Source: Gammaproteobacteria bacterium (GTDB lineage: Bacteria > Pseudomonadota > Gammaproteobacteria > JAJDYQ01). Taken from it: 24,000 nucleotides of DNA. Each line of letters opens with the position of its first letter. Position 1 is the stretch's first letter. The notes under the pieces are model-generated. The model did not search any database. It was given only the letters and a program-made list of their open reading frames with translations, and was not told the origin of the DNA. The translations under genes were made by a program, and so were the position numbers. The stretch lies in contig BTQO01000002.1 of the NCBI GenBank assembly GCA_036985915.1, forward strand, positions 3,541 to 27,540, given 5' to 3'. Positions 16,319-24,000 of this stretch are shown piece after piece.

Positions 16319-16538
16319 AAATTATGCTGATACTCCAAGGTTCGCACTTATGTGCTATATAAAGACACGCAACCGGCATGGCCAGGACATGCGCCGGCTA
16401 CAATTCTATGGGCTATAACTAACCCTTAAGCAGCGTGGCAAACTGTGTGCATTTACACCACGCGCCTTCATCAATGCGATTCTTTATATTCTTGTCTGGA
16501 TGCCCGTCGATCATTATCGAATATAGCCATAACCGTCA

Positions 16539-16558
16539 AGCTGTAACTTCTTACAGGT
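16539..16558. promoter_or_regulatory. second lux-box-like palindrome in the divergent GGDEF-EAL / sugar dehydrogenase intergenic region
   Basis: AGCTGTAACTTCTTACAGGT. Its 16-bp core CTGTAACTTCTTACAG (16541-16556) matches the luxI lux-box core at 14/16 positions and the V. fischeri lux box at 15/20. It lies ~150 bp from the GTG at 16698 and ~230 bp from the start at 16318. Confidence 0.55.
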
Positions 16559-16697
16559 ATGGCATACCTAAATGCCGGGTAGCTAATGTATGAAGGCATT
16601 GGAATATGCAAGAATGCGCACAGATATCAGGCACATAGCATAGATATAGGTATTAGGGCCTTGCGGGGCGAAACGACCGGATAATGAGGTTAATCCC

Positions 16698-17936
16698 GTG
16701 CTAACCATAAACAACACGTGCTTAGGCAAATACCTGCATCTGATCGTGCTCACGGGGTTGTTCTCAGGCTATGTCTACTCTCCTGCCTTTGCCGGCACCG
16801 GTACTATTAAGGCCATCACACAACAATTATCAACACCGGCAGGCCGGGTAGAAATATCCATACCTAAGGGCTATACGCTCGATTTACTCTCAAGCAACCT
16901 GCGCTCACCACGCTTGATAAACTTCGCTGAGAATGGCGATTTGTTCATTGGCTCCCGTTCCGGGGCGGTCTACAGGTTGCAACCTCCTTATACTGAGGCA
17001 GATATTCTCGTCAGTCTCAATGACTATCCCCACAGCGTTGCCTTACGGCAGGGGGAAATGTTTATCGCACAAACACATGGCCTGTATCGCGCGCCTTATT
17101 TGCCGGGGCAGGACAGAATCAAACAACAGGATTTGCAGCTGGTCGCCAAACTACCGGGTGGACCGGGACACAACAGCCGCACCGTGCGTATCGGACCTGA
17201 CGGCAAAGTTTATGTGAGCCTTGGGATTGCCGGGAATTGCAGTGACCAGTACCTCGACCCATCCTATCCATTTGAAGACCGGCGTGGCGGTGTGCTGGTG
17301 CTGGATGAATCCCAACTGCGTCCGGTGTTCAGAACATTTGCATCGGGCTTAAGGAATCCAGTCGGTTTTGACTGGCAACCGGATACAGACATTATGTATG
17401 CCAGTAATAATGGCCCCGACCATCTGGGGTATGAACAACCACCGGAGTATTTCAGCAAGCTGATACCCCAATCTTTTCATGGCATGCCCTGGTTTTGGTT
17501 CGATGGCACAAAGATGGTGCGCGATCACTGTGTTGGCAGCACACCACCCAGAATAGACGCTAACCCACCGGTAGCCACGTTCCCTGCCCGCAACGCGCCC
17601 ATGGCCGTTGCATTTGTACCGAATGGCGCCATGGATGAACGGTTCAGGGGCGATGCCATCGTGGCGCTGCATGGCTCATGGGCCACACAACCCACAGGCG
17701 GTTTTAGTGGCGAGCCAAAAAGCCGCCGTGAACCAAAATTGGTGGTGGTGCGGTTTGAAGATGGCCAGGCAGTTCGTGTTGATGACTTGCTGACCGGATT
17801 TCAATCATCTAACGGAGACCGATGGGCCCGCCCGGTGGGTGTTGCCATAGGTCCGGATGGTGCGTTGTATTTCACCAGTGATTCTGGCCTTGAAGGCCTC
17901 TTCAGGCTCAGGCGAAATGGGCTAAATTCTTTATAA
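16698..17936 (+). CDS. PQQ-dependent sugar (glucose/sorbosone) dehydrogenase-family beta-propeller, secreted
   Basis: Hydrophobic N-terminal signal. Propeller motifs: GLRNPVGFDW, YASNNGPDHLGYEQPPEY, and RPVGVAIGPDGALYFTSD. GTG start preceded by GAGG. Confidence 0.8.
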   Translation: MLTINNTCLGKYLHLIVLTGLFSGYVYSPAFAGTGTIKAITQQLSTPAGRVEISIPKGYTLDLLSSNLRSPRLINFAENGDLFIGSRSGAVYRLQPPYTEADILVSLNDYPHSVALRQGEMFIAQTHGLYRAPYLPGQDRIKQQDLQLVAKLPGGPGHNSRTVRIGPDGKVYVSLGIAGNCSDQYLDPSYPFEDRRGGVLVLDESQLRPVFRTFASGLRNPVGFDWQPDTDIMYASNNGPDHLGYEQPPEYFSKLIPQSFHGMPWFWFDGTKMVRDHCVGSTPPRIDANPPVATFPARNAPMAVAFVPNGAMDERFRGDAIVALHGSWATQPTGGFSGEPKSRREPKLVVVRFEDGQAVRVDDLLTGFQSSNGDRWARPVGVAIGPDGALYFTSDSGLEGLFRLRRNGLNSL

Positions 17937-18045
17937 ATCAAGCCCTAATCATTATGGGCGCAAGTCTATATTCTGGTAAAATGAATTGTCTTTCTGTGGC
18001 TAAAAAAGCCACGATCTGCAAAAGAATAGTTAAGGAGATTACGCT

Positions 18046-18915
18046 ATGTCACAGAAACACCCCGTCATCGCAATCACAGGTTCTTCCGGTGCGGGAACCA
18101 CCACCGTCAAGCGCGCATTCGAGCATATCTTCTTCCGCGAGAAGATCGCGGCAGCTGTTATTGAAGGAGACAGTTACCATCGTTATGACCGTGCCGAAAT
18201 GCGCCAGAGGATGGACGATGCAGAAAAAGCGGGACATAACCTGAGCCACTTTGGCCCTGAAGCCAATATATTCGACAAGCTCGCAGAAATGTTCGAAACC
18301 TATGGCAAAACCGGCATGTGCAAATGCCGCTACTACCTGCATACCGATGAAGAAGCTGAACCGTACAACCAGAAACCGGGTGAATTCACACCCTGGAAGG
18401 ATATTCCTGAAAATACCGATCTATTATTCTATGAAGGCCTGCATGGTGGCGTTGTCGCCGGTGGTGTCGATGTATCCCAACATGTAGACCTGTTGGTTGG
18501 TGTGGTGCCTATTGTAAACCTTGAATGGATTCAAAAGATTCACCGGGACAAGTCCGAGCGTGGTTATTCAGCAGAAGCCATCATTGATACCATTCTGCGC
18601 CGCATGCCGGACTACGTTCACTACATAACACCGCAGTTTTCCATGTCAGACATTAACTTCCAGCGCGTTTCCACGGTAGATACATCGAACCCGTTTACTG
18701 CACGCGATATTCCAACGCCGGATGAAAGTTTTGTTGTAATTCGCTTTAAAAATCCCAGGAAATTTAATATTGATTTCCCGAACTTGCTGACGATACTGCA
18801 GGATTCCTTTATGTCTCGCCGTAACACGATCGTTGTTCCCGGCGGAAAAATGGGATTTGCCATGGAAATCATTTTTGCACCGATTATTCACGGCATACTA
18901 GCGCAAAGAAAATAG
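18046..18915 (+). CDS. prk: phosphoribulokinase
   Basis: MSQKHPVIAITGSSGAGTTTVKRAFEHIF (P-loop) and colinearity with bacterial class I PRK (EGDSYHRYDR, LFYEGLHG). AAGGAG Shine-Dalgarno upstream. Confidence 0.93.
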   Translation: MSQKHPVIAITGSSGAGTTTVKRAFEHIFFREKIAAAVIEGDSYHRYDRAEMRQRMDDAEKAGHNLSHFGPEANIFDKLAEMFETYGKTGMCKCRYYLHTDEEAEPYNQKPGEFTPWKDIPENTDLLFYEGLHGGVVAGGVDVSQHVDLLVGVVPIVNLEWIQKIHRDKSERGYSAEAIIDTILRRMPDYVHYITPQFSMSDINFQRVSTVDTSNPFTARDIPTPDESFVVIRFKNPRKFNIDFPNLLTILQDSFMSRRNTIVVPGGKMGFAMEIIFAPIIHGILAQRK

Positions 18916-18929
18916 CGCGCTTAAAACCC

Positions 18930-20048
18930 ATGGATACCTTCATACAAGGCGTATCCACCGAACCAGACTGGCGCAAGGCAATTGATGAATGCGTCGGTAA
19001 CAAAACCTTGCCGCCTGAAACAAATATCGGTTTTGTCTATATAGCTGATGTATTCACCGACGAATTACCCGGCATTCTGAATGCACTCAAAACCAAAACA
19101 GGCATCGAGCACTGGAGTGGTACGGTTGGCATGGGCATCTGCGCCCCCGGCCGGGAAATCTACGAACAAGCAGCCATTGTTGTATTGATGGCATCGCTTC
19201 CCAAGGACAGTTTCCGCATTTTTTCCGGTGTTCAGAGCAATCTTGACGAATTCCAGTCACAGTACCGCAACTGGTATCAGAAGAATCAGGCCCACCTGGG
19301 TATCCTGCACGGGGATCCGCGCAACACGCACCTGACACAACTCATCAACAACCTTGCAGAAGAAGTCCCCGGTGGATTTATGGTGGGCGGGCTGAGTTCT
19401 TCGCGCTCAACGACACCGCAGATTGCTAACACCATCACGAGCGGCGGCCTGTCTGGTGTATTGATTTCATCAGACGTTCCTGTTGTCACAGGACTAACGC
19501 AAGGCTGCACACCGATCGGCCCGCACAGGGAAATCACCCGATGCGAAGAAAACATCATTATAGAACTGGACGGAAAACCTGCGCTTGACGTCTTCAACGA
19601 GGATATTGGCGAGGTGATGGCACACGATCTGGAGCGTGTTTCCGGTTATATATTCGTTGGGTTTCCGGTAACAGGTTCGGATACGGGGGATTACCTGGTT
19701 AGAAACCTGGTGGGGATAGACCCGGATAACAAGATGATCGCGGTCGGTGAACAGCCAACGGTTGGACAAACGATGATGGTCTGTCGCCGTGATGGAAACA
19801 CTGCGGTAGAAGATATGCAACGCATGCTCTCGGACGTAAAAAACCGAACCGGTGGCAAACAGCCACGCGGCGCTTTGTATTTCTCATGCCTTGGCAGGGG
19901 TCGTTACCTGTTTGGCGAACATTCAGAAGAGCTCAAAATGCTTGAGGCAGAATTTAAAGATACCCCGTTGGCCGGGTTTTACTGTAATGGTGAAATTGCC
20001 AATAACCGTTTATACGGCTATACCGGCGTACTGACACTCTTTTTGTAG
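18930..20048 (+). CDS. stand-alone FIST-domain (FIST_N + FIST_C) sensor-like protein
   Basis: 372 aa. C-terminal LYFSCLGRGRYLFG...PLAGFYCNGEI is characteristic of FIST_C. No recognisable output domain. Confidence 0.75.
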   Translation: MDTFIQGVSTEPDWRKAIDECVGNKTLPPETNIGFVYIADVFTDELPGILNALKTKTGIEHWSGTVGMGICAPGREIYEQAAIVVLMASLPKDSFRIFSGVQSNLDEFQSQYRNWYQKNQAHLGILHGDPRNTHLTQLINNLAEEVPGGFMVGGLSSSRSTTPQIANTITSGGLSGVLISSDVPVVTGLTQGCTPIGPHREITRCEENIIIELDGKPALDVFNEDIGEVMAHDLERVSGYIFVGFPVTGSDTGDYLVRNLVGIDPDNKMIAVGEQPTVGQTMMVCRRDGNTAVEDMQRMLSDVKNRTGGKQPRGALYFSCLGRGRYLFGEHSEELKMLEAEFKDTPLAGFYCNGEIANNRLYGYTGVLTLFL

Positions 20049-20056
20049 CCAGCAAC

Positions 20057-21097
20057 ATGGAATATCGACCACTTGGAAAAACCGGCATTGATGTCAGCCT
20101 GATCTGCCTGGGCACCATGACCTATGGTGAGCAAAATACTGAATCAGATGCCCATGAACAACTCGATTTCGCAGTGTCTCAAGGGATTAACTTCATCGAT
20201 ACTGCCGAGATATATCCGGTCCCGCCTGTGCAAAGTACGCAAGGCCTAACAGAAACGTACATTGGCACATGGTTGGCTGCCAGAAAATGCAGAGACAAGG
20301 TTGTTCTGGCTACAAAAGTTGCGGGTGCCTCAGACTGGCTGCCCCATATACGCAATGACCAGGCAAGACTGGATCGCAACAATATCGAGCAAGCATTAAA
20401 TGCCAGCTTAAAGCGCCTTAAAACAGACTATATCGATTTGTATCAACTGCACTGGCCGGACCGCACTACAAACTTTTTTGGCCAACTCGGGTTTAGCCAC
20501 AAGGAAAACGACATCCTGACCCCGATTGAGGAGACACTGGGTGTGCTGGATGATCTTGTCCGGTCGGGAAAAATACGTGCGATTGGTATATCGAATGAAG
20601 TGCCGTGGGGCACCATGAAATTTCTGGAAATTGCTGCATTAAGAAACTTGCCGCGAATTGCCAGCATTCAAAACCCTTACAATTTAATCAACAGAACATT
20701 CGAAATTGGGCTTGCTGAAATTGCCCACCGCGAGCAGGTTAGTCTGCTGGCCTATTCACCGCTTTCGTTTGGCGTCCTGACCGGCAAGTATCTCAACGGG
20801 GCACAACCCGCCGGCGCAAGATTAACCCTGTTTGACCGGTTCGACCGCTACAAAAGCGAGCTGGCACAGGCCGCCACTGCTGAATACGTTCAACTGGCCC
20901 ATGACGCAGGGCTTCGGCCCGCACAAATGGCGCTCGCCTATGTCAATAGCAGAAGTTTTATCACCAGTAACATCATCGGTGCTACAACGATGGCGCAGTT
21001 AAAAGAAGATATCGGCAGTCTTGAAATTGAACTGGGCGAAGATGTGTTGAACAAGATTGAGGAAATCCATACCAGAATTCCAAATCCCTCGCCCTGA
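20057..21097 (+). CDS. tas: NADP(H)-dependent aldo-keto reductase, Tas-like
   Basis: MEYRPLGKTGIDVSLICLGTMTYGEQNTE..INFIDTAEIYPVPP is colinear with E. coli Tas and of matching length (346 aa). Confidence 0.88.
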   Translation: MEYRPLGKTGIDVSLICLGTMTYGEQNTESDAHEQLDFAVSQGINFIDTAEIYPVPPVQSTQGLTETYIGTWLAARKCRDKVVLATKVAGASDWLPHIRNDQARLDRNNIEQALNASLKRLKTDYIDLYQLHWPDRTTNFFGQLGFSHKENDILTPIEETLGVLDDLVRSGKIRAIGISNEVPWGTMKFLEIAALRNLPRIASIQNPYNLINRTFEIGLAEIAHREQVSLLAYSPLSFGVLTGKYLNGAQPAGARLTLFDRFDRYKSELAQAATAEYVQLAHDAGLRPAQMALAYVNSRSFITSNIIGATTMAQLKEDIGSLEIELGEDVLNKIEEIHTRIPNPSP

Positions 21098-21117
21098 TTT
21101 CAAGCTTGGGATAACCG

Positions 21118-22224
21118 CTAACCTAGCCCGCCAAAAGCATATAAATAAACACCAATCCCGATCAACAATGCTGCAGAAAGTAAACCTATCAAGATAAGCA
21201 ACTTCTTCGGTAGCTTTTGTGATCGTTTGCGTAACTTGATTTTGCGACTTTGTTTTTTTGCACCCTTGGCAGGGGCGGGCCGCCTGTCTGTGGTCGTGGT
21301 TCCGCCAAAATTCGGTACCGGATCAAGTCCCTGGAGCATACGAGACCAGTCATTGGCATTTTGCGGTCTATCTACCTCTCTGAAACACAAGGCATGATCG
21401 ATGGCTCGTAAAAAGCGCGTTGAAAACTGGCGGCCCCCGACCTTAGTCGCCGGTTCATAGGGGTCCTGGGTTTGGTTCAAAAAGGAATGGCTTCTCACCA
21501 ATGCATCCACCGGAGGCCGGCCAGTGAGCGCCAGGTATAGCGTGGCACCAAATGCGTAGATATCACTCCACGGCCCTTGCGACCTGGCATCATCATTATA
21601 TTGTTCAAACGGTGCGAACCCCGGTGTTACCAGGCTGGTCATCGTGCTGGCAGGTCCGGTTTTAGCCACGGCCTGTCTTGCTGAACCAAAGTCCAGCAAC
21701 ACCGGGCTGCCATCTGTTCTTACGAATATATTGGCGGGCTTTATATCCCGATGCACAAAACCTGCCTCGTGTACATGCGCAAGCCCGTCACAGATTGGTA
21801 CACAAATCTGCAACAGGCTTTGTTCATCATGGAAAAGACCCTTGCGCATGAGGTCCTGCATATCCTTGCCATCGGCATATTCCATCACCATGTACACCGT
21901 ATTATTGTCCTGAAAAACATTGTGGACCTTGATGACGTTTGGATGCCGGAACTCTTCCAGGGTTTTGCCTTCAGACAGGAACCGTTCCATGCCCCAGTCG
22001 TAAAGACCCTTCTGCTCATCTGTTAACGGGCGCACCGTGTCTTTTTCATCGCGGTACGCCAGATCAGATGGCAGATATTCCTTGATGGCGACCGTTTGAT
22101 TGAAGTCGGTGTCATGGGCCTTGTAGGTGATGCCAAACCCACCATGCCCAATCACGGATTCAATCTGGTAACCGTGGAGCATCTTTCCCTTTCTCAAGGC
22201 ATTTCGATGCTTTTGCTGACTCAC
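21118..22224 (-). CDS. Hanks-type serine/threonine protein kinase with a C-terminal membrane anchor
   Basis: GHGGFGITYKA..VAIKEY (Gly-loop and Lys), HRDIKPANIF, DFGSAR and TPGFAPFEQ. A K/R-rich linker is followed by a TM helix, LLILIGLLSAALLIGIGVYLYAF. GTG start with AAGGGGG upstream. An ATG at 22182 is an alternative start. Confidence 0.9.
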   Translation of the reverse strand: MSQQKHRNALRKGKMLHGYQIESVIGHGGFGITYKAHDTDFNQTVAIKEYLPSDLAYRDEKDTVRPLTDEQKGLYDWGMERFLSEGKTLEEFRHPNVIKVHNVFQDNNTVYMVMEYADGKDMQDLMRKGLFHDEQSLLQICVPICDGLAHVHEAGFVHRDIKPANIFVRTDGSPVLLDFGSARQAVAKTGPASTMTSLVTPGFAPFEQYNDDARSQGPWSDIYAFGATLYLALTGRPPVDALVRSHSFLNQTQDPYEPATKVGGRQFSTRFLRAIDHALCFREVDRPQNANDWSRMLQGLDPVPNFGGTTTTDRRPAPAKGAKKQSRKIKLRKRSQKLPKKLLILIGLLSAALLIGIGVYLYAFGGLG

Positions 22225-22671
22225 TCCCCCTATCCCCCTTGGATATTCAGATCTACAGTTGTAAGGCCCGCCGTCTTATTCTAGTAGAGATCAATATTAG
22301 CGATATTTTTTATCTCATACCATCGCTAAGGCAATAAAAACACTGGATTTTTCAACCGGGCGCTCAAGACCCGCGCCGCAATCATGCCAGGATCGGCACC
22401 GCCATGGGCAAACTGCACCCTTTGATTGATCTTGACTGGCGTTGTGTGATTGATTGTAGCAACGGTTTAACAACCATTGCGTTGACAAGACATAACCGGC
22501 TGGATTCCATGTTTTGGCTTGAATAGGACAATATGCGGATATAGTGTCTGACTATAATGAATAAGACCATGGAAAATGGGTTCCGCGTATCAACAAGTTA
22601 TGCGAACATACCACTATAAAAATGGTGTGCAACCAGCGTATTCTGATACCAATTAGATTGTAGGGACAATT

Positions 22672-23115
22672 ATGGTCACCAAGAAGCACCTTAATATCCA
22701 ACGCATTGATACTGAAACCAATAGCACTCACTGCTGGGTCGTAGTTGTGCAACGGCGCAGCAAGATCTATAGAAAAATGTTCTCTGATGGTGTGTATGGC
22801 GGTAAGCGCAAAGCATTGCAAAACGCAATAATATGGAGAGATAAGATTATTGCTAAATATCCTCCGCTAAGTAAAAAACAATACATCACTATAAAACGCA
22901 AGAATAATAAATCTGGAGTGCCGGGTGTGTGCCGTTTCCAGAAACACGGTCGTTGGCATTGGGTAACCAGTTGGGCTACTGGCGTAGGGAAAAGTAAACA
23001 ACTAGCATTCTCTTCCGATGAATATGGTGAAGAAAAAGCGTTTAAGAAAGCCTGCGCTGCTCGGCGGAAGGCAGTAAAACAAGTAAGCGGTGTTTTTCTC
23101 CCGAATAGTGGTTGA
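22672..23115 (+). CDS. AP2/ERF-like DNA-binding domain protein (two AP2-like half-repeats)
   Basis: SGVPGVCRF..GRWHWVTSW..KQLAFSSDEYGEEKAFKKACAARRKAV has the bacterial AP2-domain pattern. A weaker N-terminal copy reads HCWVVVV..KMFSDGVYGGKRKALQNAIIWR. Confidence 0.7.
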   Translation: MVTKKHLNIQRIDTETNSTHCWVVVVQRRSKIYRKMFSDGVYGGKRKALQNAIIWRDKIIAKYPPLSKKQYITIKRKNNKSGVPGVCRFQKHGRWHWVTSWATGVGKSKQLAFSSDEYGEEKAFKKACAARRKAVKQVSGVFLPNSG

Positions 23116-23180
23116 ATGCACGTGCATCACATAACAAAAGGCTAAACCCGACAAACTGTTATACGCAAGAAAAACGATAA

Positions 23181-23420
23181 ATGGCGCCAACGATTCATAG
23201 GGAGAAAGGCTACAGGTTCTTCTTCTTCTCAAGAGAGGAACCACGTATGCATATCCACGTATACTGTAGAGACGGGGAAGCGAAATTTTGGCTGGAACCT
23301 TAAATCGAAATAGCAAAGAACTATAATCTTACTCAGAAGCAGCTTGGCGAGGCCCAGCAAATTATCGAGGCACACGAAAATGAGTTTAAATCCGCTTGGA
23401 AAGAACATCTCGGAAGTTGA
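23181..23420 (+). pseudogene. DUF4160-family gene interrupted by an in-frame TAA
   Basis: Translation gives MAPTIHREKGYRFFFFSREEPRMHIHVYCRDGEAKFWLEP-stop(23301-23303)-IEIAKNYNLTQKQLGEAQQIIEAHENEFKSAWKEHLGS. Across the stop it matches the DUF4160 pattern (GYRFFFYS.E...PHVHV...GEAKFWL.P....A.N.G). Confidence 0.65.
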
Positions 23421-23640
23421 GGTAACAAATATTACCAAACATGGATTGTGGCTCCTGTCCGGAGACAATGAAATGTTCCTCTCTTATGATGATTTTCCGT
23501 GGTTCAAGGATGTGCCGGTCGGAAAGATACTCAGTGTAGAAGAACCAAGCCCAGGCCATTTTTATTGGCCAGAATTGGATGTTGATCTTGGAATTCAGTC
23601 CATCGAGCATCCTGAACAGTTCCCGTTAAAAACAAAATAA
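23380..23640 (+). CDS. DUF2442-family protein (usual partner of DUF4160)
   Basis: GLWLLSGDNEMFLSYDDFPWFKD..YWPELDVDLGIQSIEHPEQFPL matches the DUF2442 signature. ATG at 23380 preferred over the track's TTG at 23344. It overlaps the DUF4160 3' end. Confidence 0.7.
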   Translation: MSLNPLGKNISEVEVTNITKHGLWLLSGDNEMFLSYDDFPWFKDVPVGKILSVEEPSPGHFYWPELDVDLGIQSIEHPEQFPLKTK

Positions 23641-23820
23641 CTCGCGTATAACGCGACATTACATGGCGCAGATATATGACAAGTCCATTTATGTCACATC
23701 AGAAATAATCATCCTACGTTCGGCTATTTAATGCATACGATATGTATAAGAGGAAAAATGCACTGACCCGAATGGCACATTAGGACCAATAATTCTAGTT
23801 AGCTGGAAAGGGAAACGATT

Positions 23821-24000
23821 ATGAAAATGCCATTATTCGTTGTCGCGTTGCTTATGATAAGCATGAATGCGGTAGCAGCAGAAGACTCCTTGAAGTCCGG
23901 TACGCTGCGTGGCTATGAAAAGCGATGTAAAGAAGCGTTAACGTCAAGAGGATACTCAAAAGTGGTCGTTAAGAAGGAATGTTCTTGTGAGGTGGCGGTC
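23821..24000 (+). CDS. secreted hypothetical protein, N-terminal fragment (continues past the window)
   Basis: The ATG at 23821 opens a frame with no stop before the window end. It encodes MKMPLFVVALLMISMNAVAAEDS.., a signal-peptide-like N-terminus. This ORF is not in the supplied track. Confidence 0.45.
   Translation, partial: MKMPLFVVALLMISMNAVAAEDSLKSGTLRGYEKRCKEALTSRGYSKVVVKKECSCEVAV

Noticed and set aside
16373-16465. Two hairpins in the GGDEF-EAL upstream region (CCGGCATG..CATGCGCCGG at about 16373-16397; GCGTGG-N19-CCACGC at about 16435-16465), considered as a riboswitch or attenuator.
   Set aside because: They do not resemble any riboswitch class I can recognise, and their orientation relative to either divergent transcript is unknown. 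They are noted only as local secondary-structure potential.
22225-22671. A tRNA, tmRNA or sRNA gene as an island insertion target in the 447-bp gap upstream of the kinase. ORFs 22382..22570 and 22552..22821 (both minus strand) were also considered.
   Set aside because: No cloverleaf-compatible sequence or GTTCGAATC-like T-arm is present. The two ORFs have no recognisable motif or RBS, and the second one overlaps the better-supported AP2 gene on the opposite strand.
23128-23167. Possible integron attC site after the AP2 gene (ACATAAC ... GTTATAC, resembling the RYYYAAC / GTTRRRY cores).
   Set aside because: Each core has a mismatch and the two are not properly complementary. The element would be ~40 bp, shorter than known attC sites. 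No intI or further cassette boundaries are visible, and the hairpin after DUF2442 at 23641-23655 (TCGCGT-ATA-ACGCGA) also lacks the core motifs.

Overview
This looks like a chromosomal window from a proteobacterium. Gene content (LuxR/LuxI, Mug, MsrA, Tas-like reductase, phosphoribulokinase) fits a gammaproteobacterial autotroph or methylotroph, but I cannot confirm the taxon. About 30 genes are supportable. From 1-11.2 kb there is housekeeping and envelope content: an OsmC fragment, a TetR + RND/MMPL + LolA-like + outer-membrane barrel cluster, an ICMT-family methyltransferase, Mug glycosylase, a BASS symporter, DUF924, and two MsrA paralogs flanking a secreted hydrolase. The standout region is 11.3-16.6 kb. 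It holds a canonical luxR, then a near-perfect lux box, then two tandem but strongly diverged luxI genes, then a 150-aa orphan ORF with a degenerate receiver-like N-terminus. Next comes a ~590 bp gene-free stretch whose + strand is packed with short hairpins carrying GGA in their loops (21 GGA in ~400 nt) and includes a 74-bp near-identical duplication. I read this stretch as a candidate CsrA/RsmA-titrating (CsrB/RsmZ-class) sRNA or sRNA tandem. The convergent neighbour is a PAS-GGDEF(DGDEF)-EAL protein, and its upstream divergent intergenic region carries a second lux-box-like palindrome. Together these suggest a compact quorum-sensing, Csr-type RNA and c-di-GMP module. That link is inference and needs RNA and binding data. 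From 16.7-22.2 kb there is a PQQ-type sugar dehydrogenase, phosphoribulokinase, a stand-alone FIST protein, an aldo-keto reductase and a membrane-anchored Hanks kinase. From ~22.3 kb the sequence becomes visibly AT-richer and carries accessory-type genes: an AP2-domain protein, a DUF4160 gene broken by an in-frame TAA, a DUF2442 partner and a partial secreted protein. I found no tRNA, rRNA, CRISPR array, transposase or integrase.
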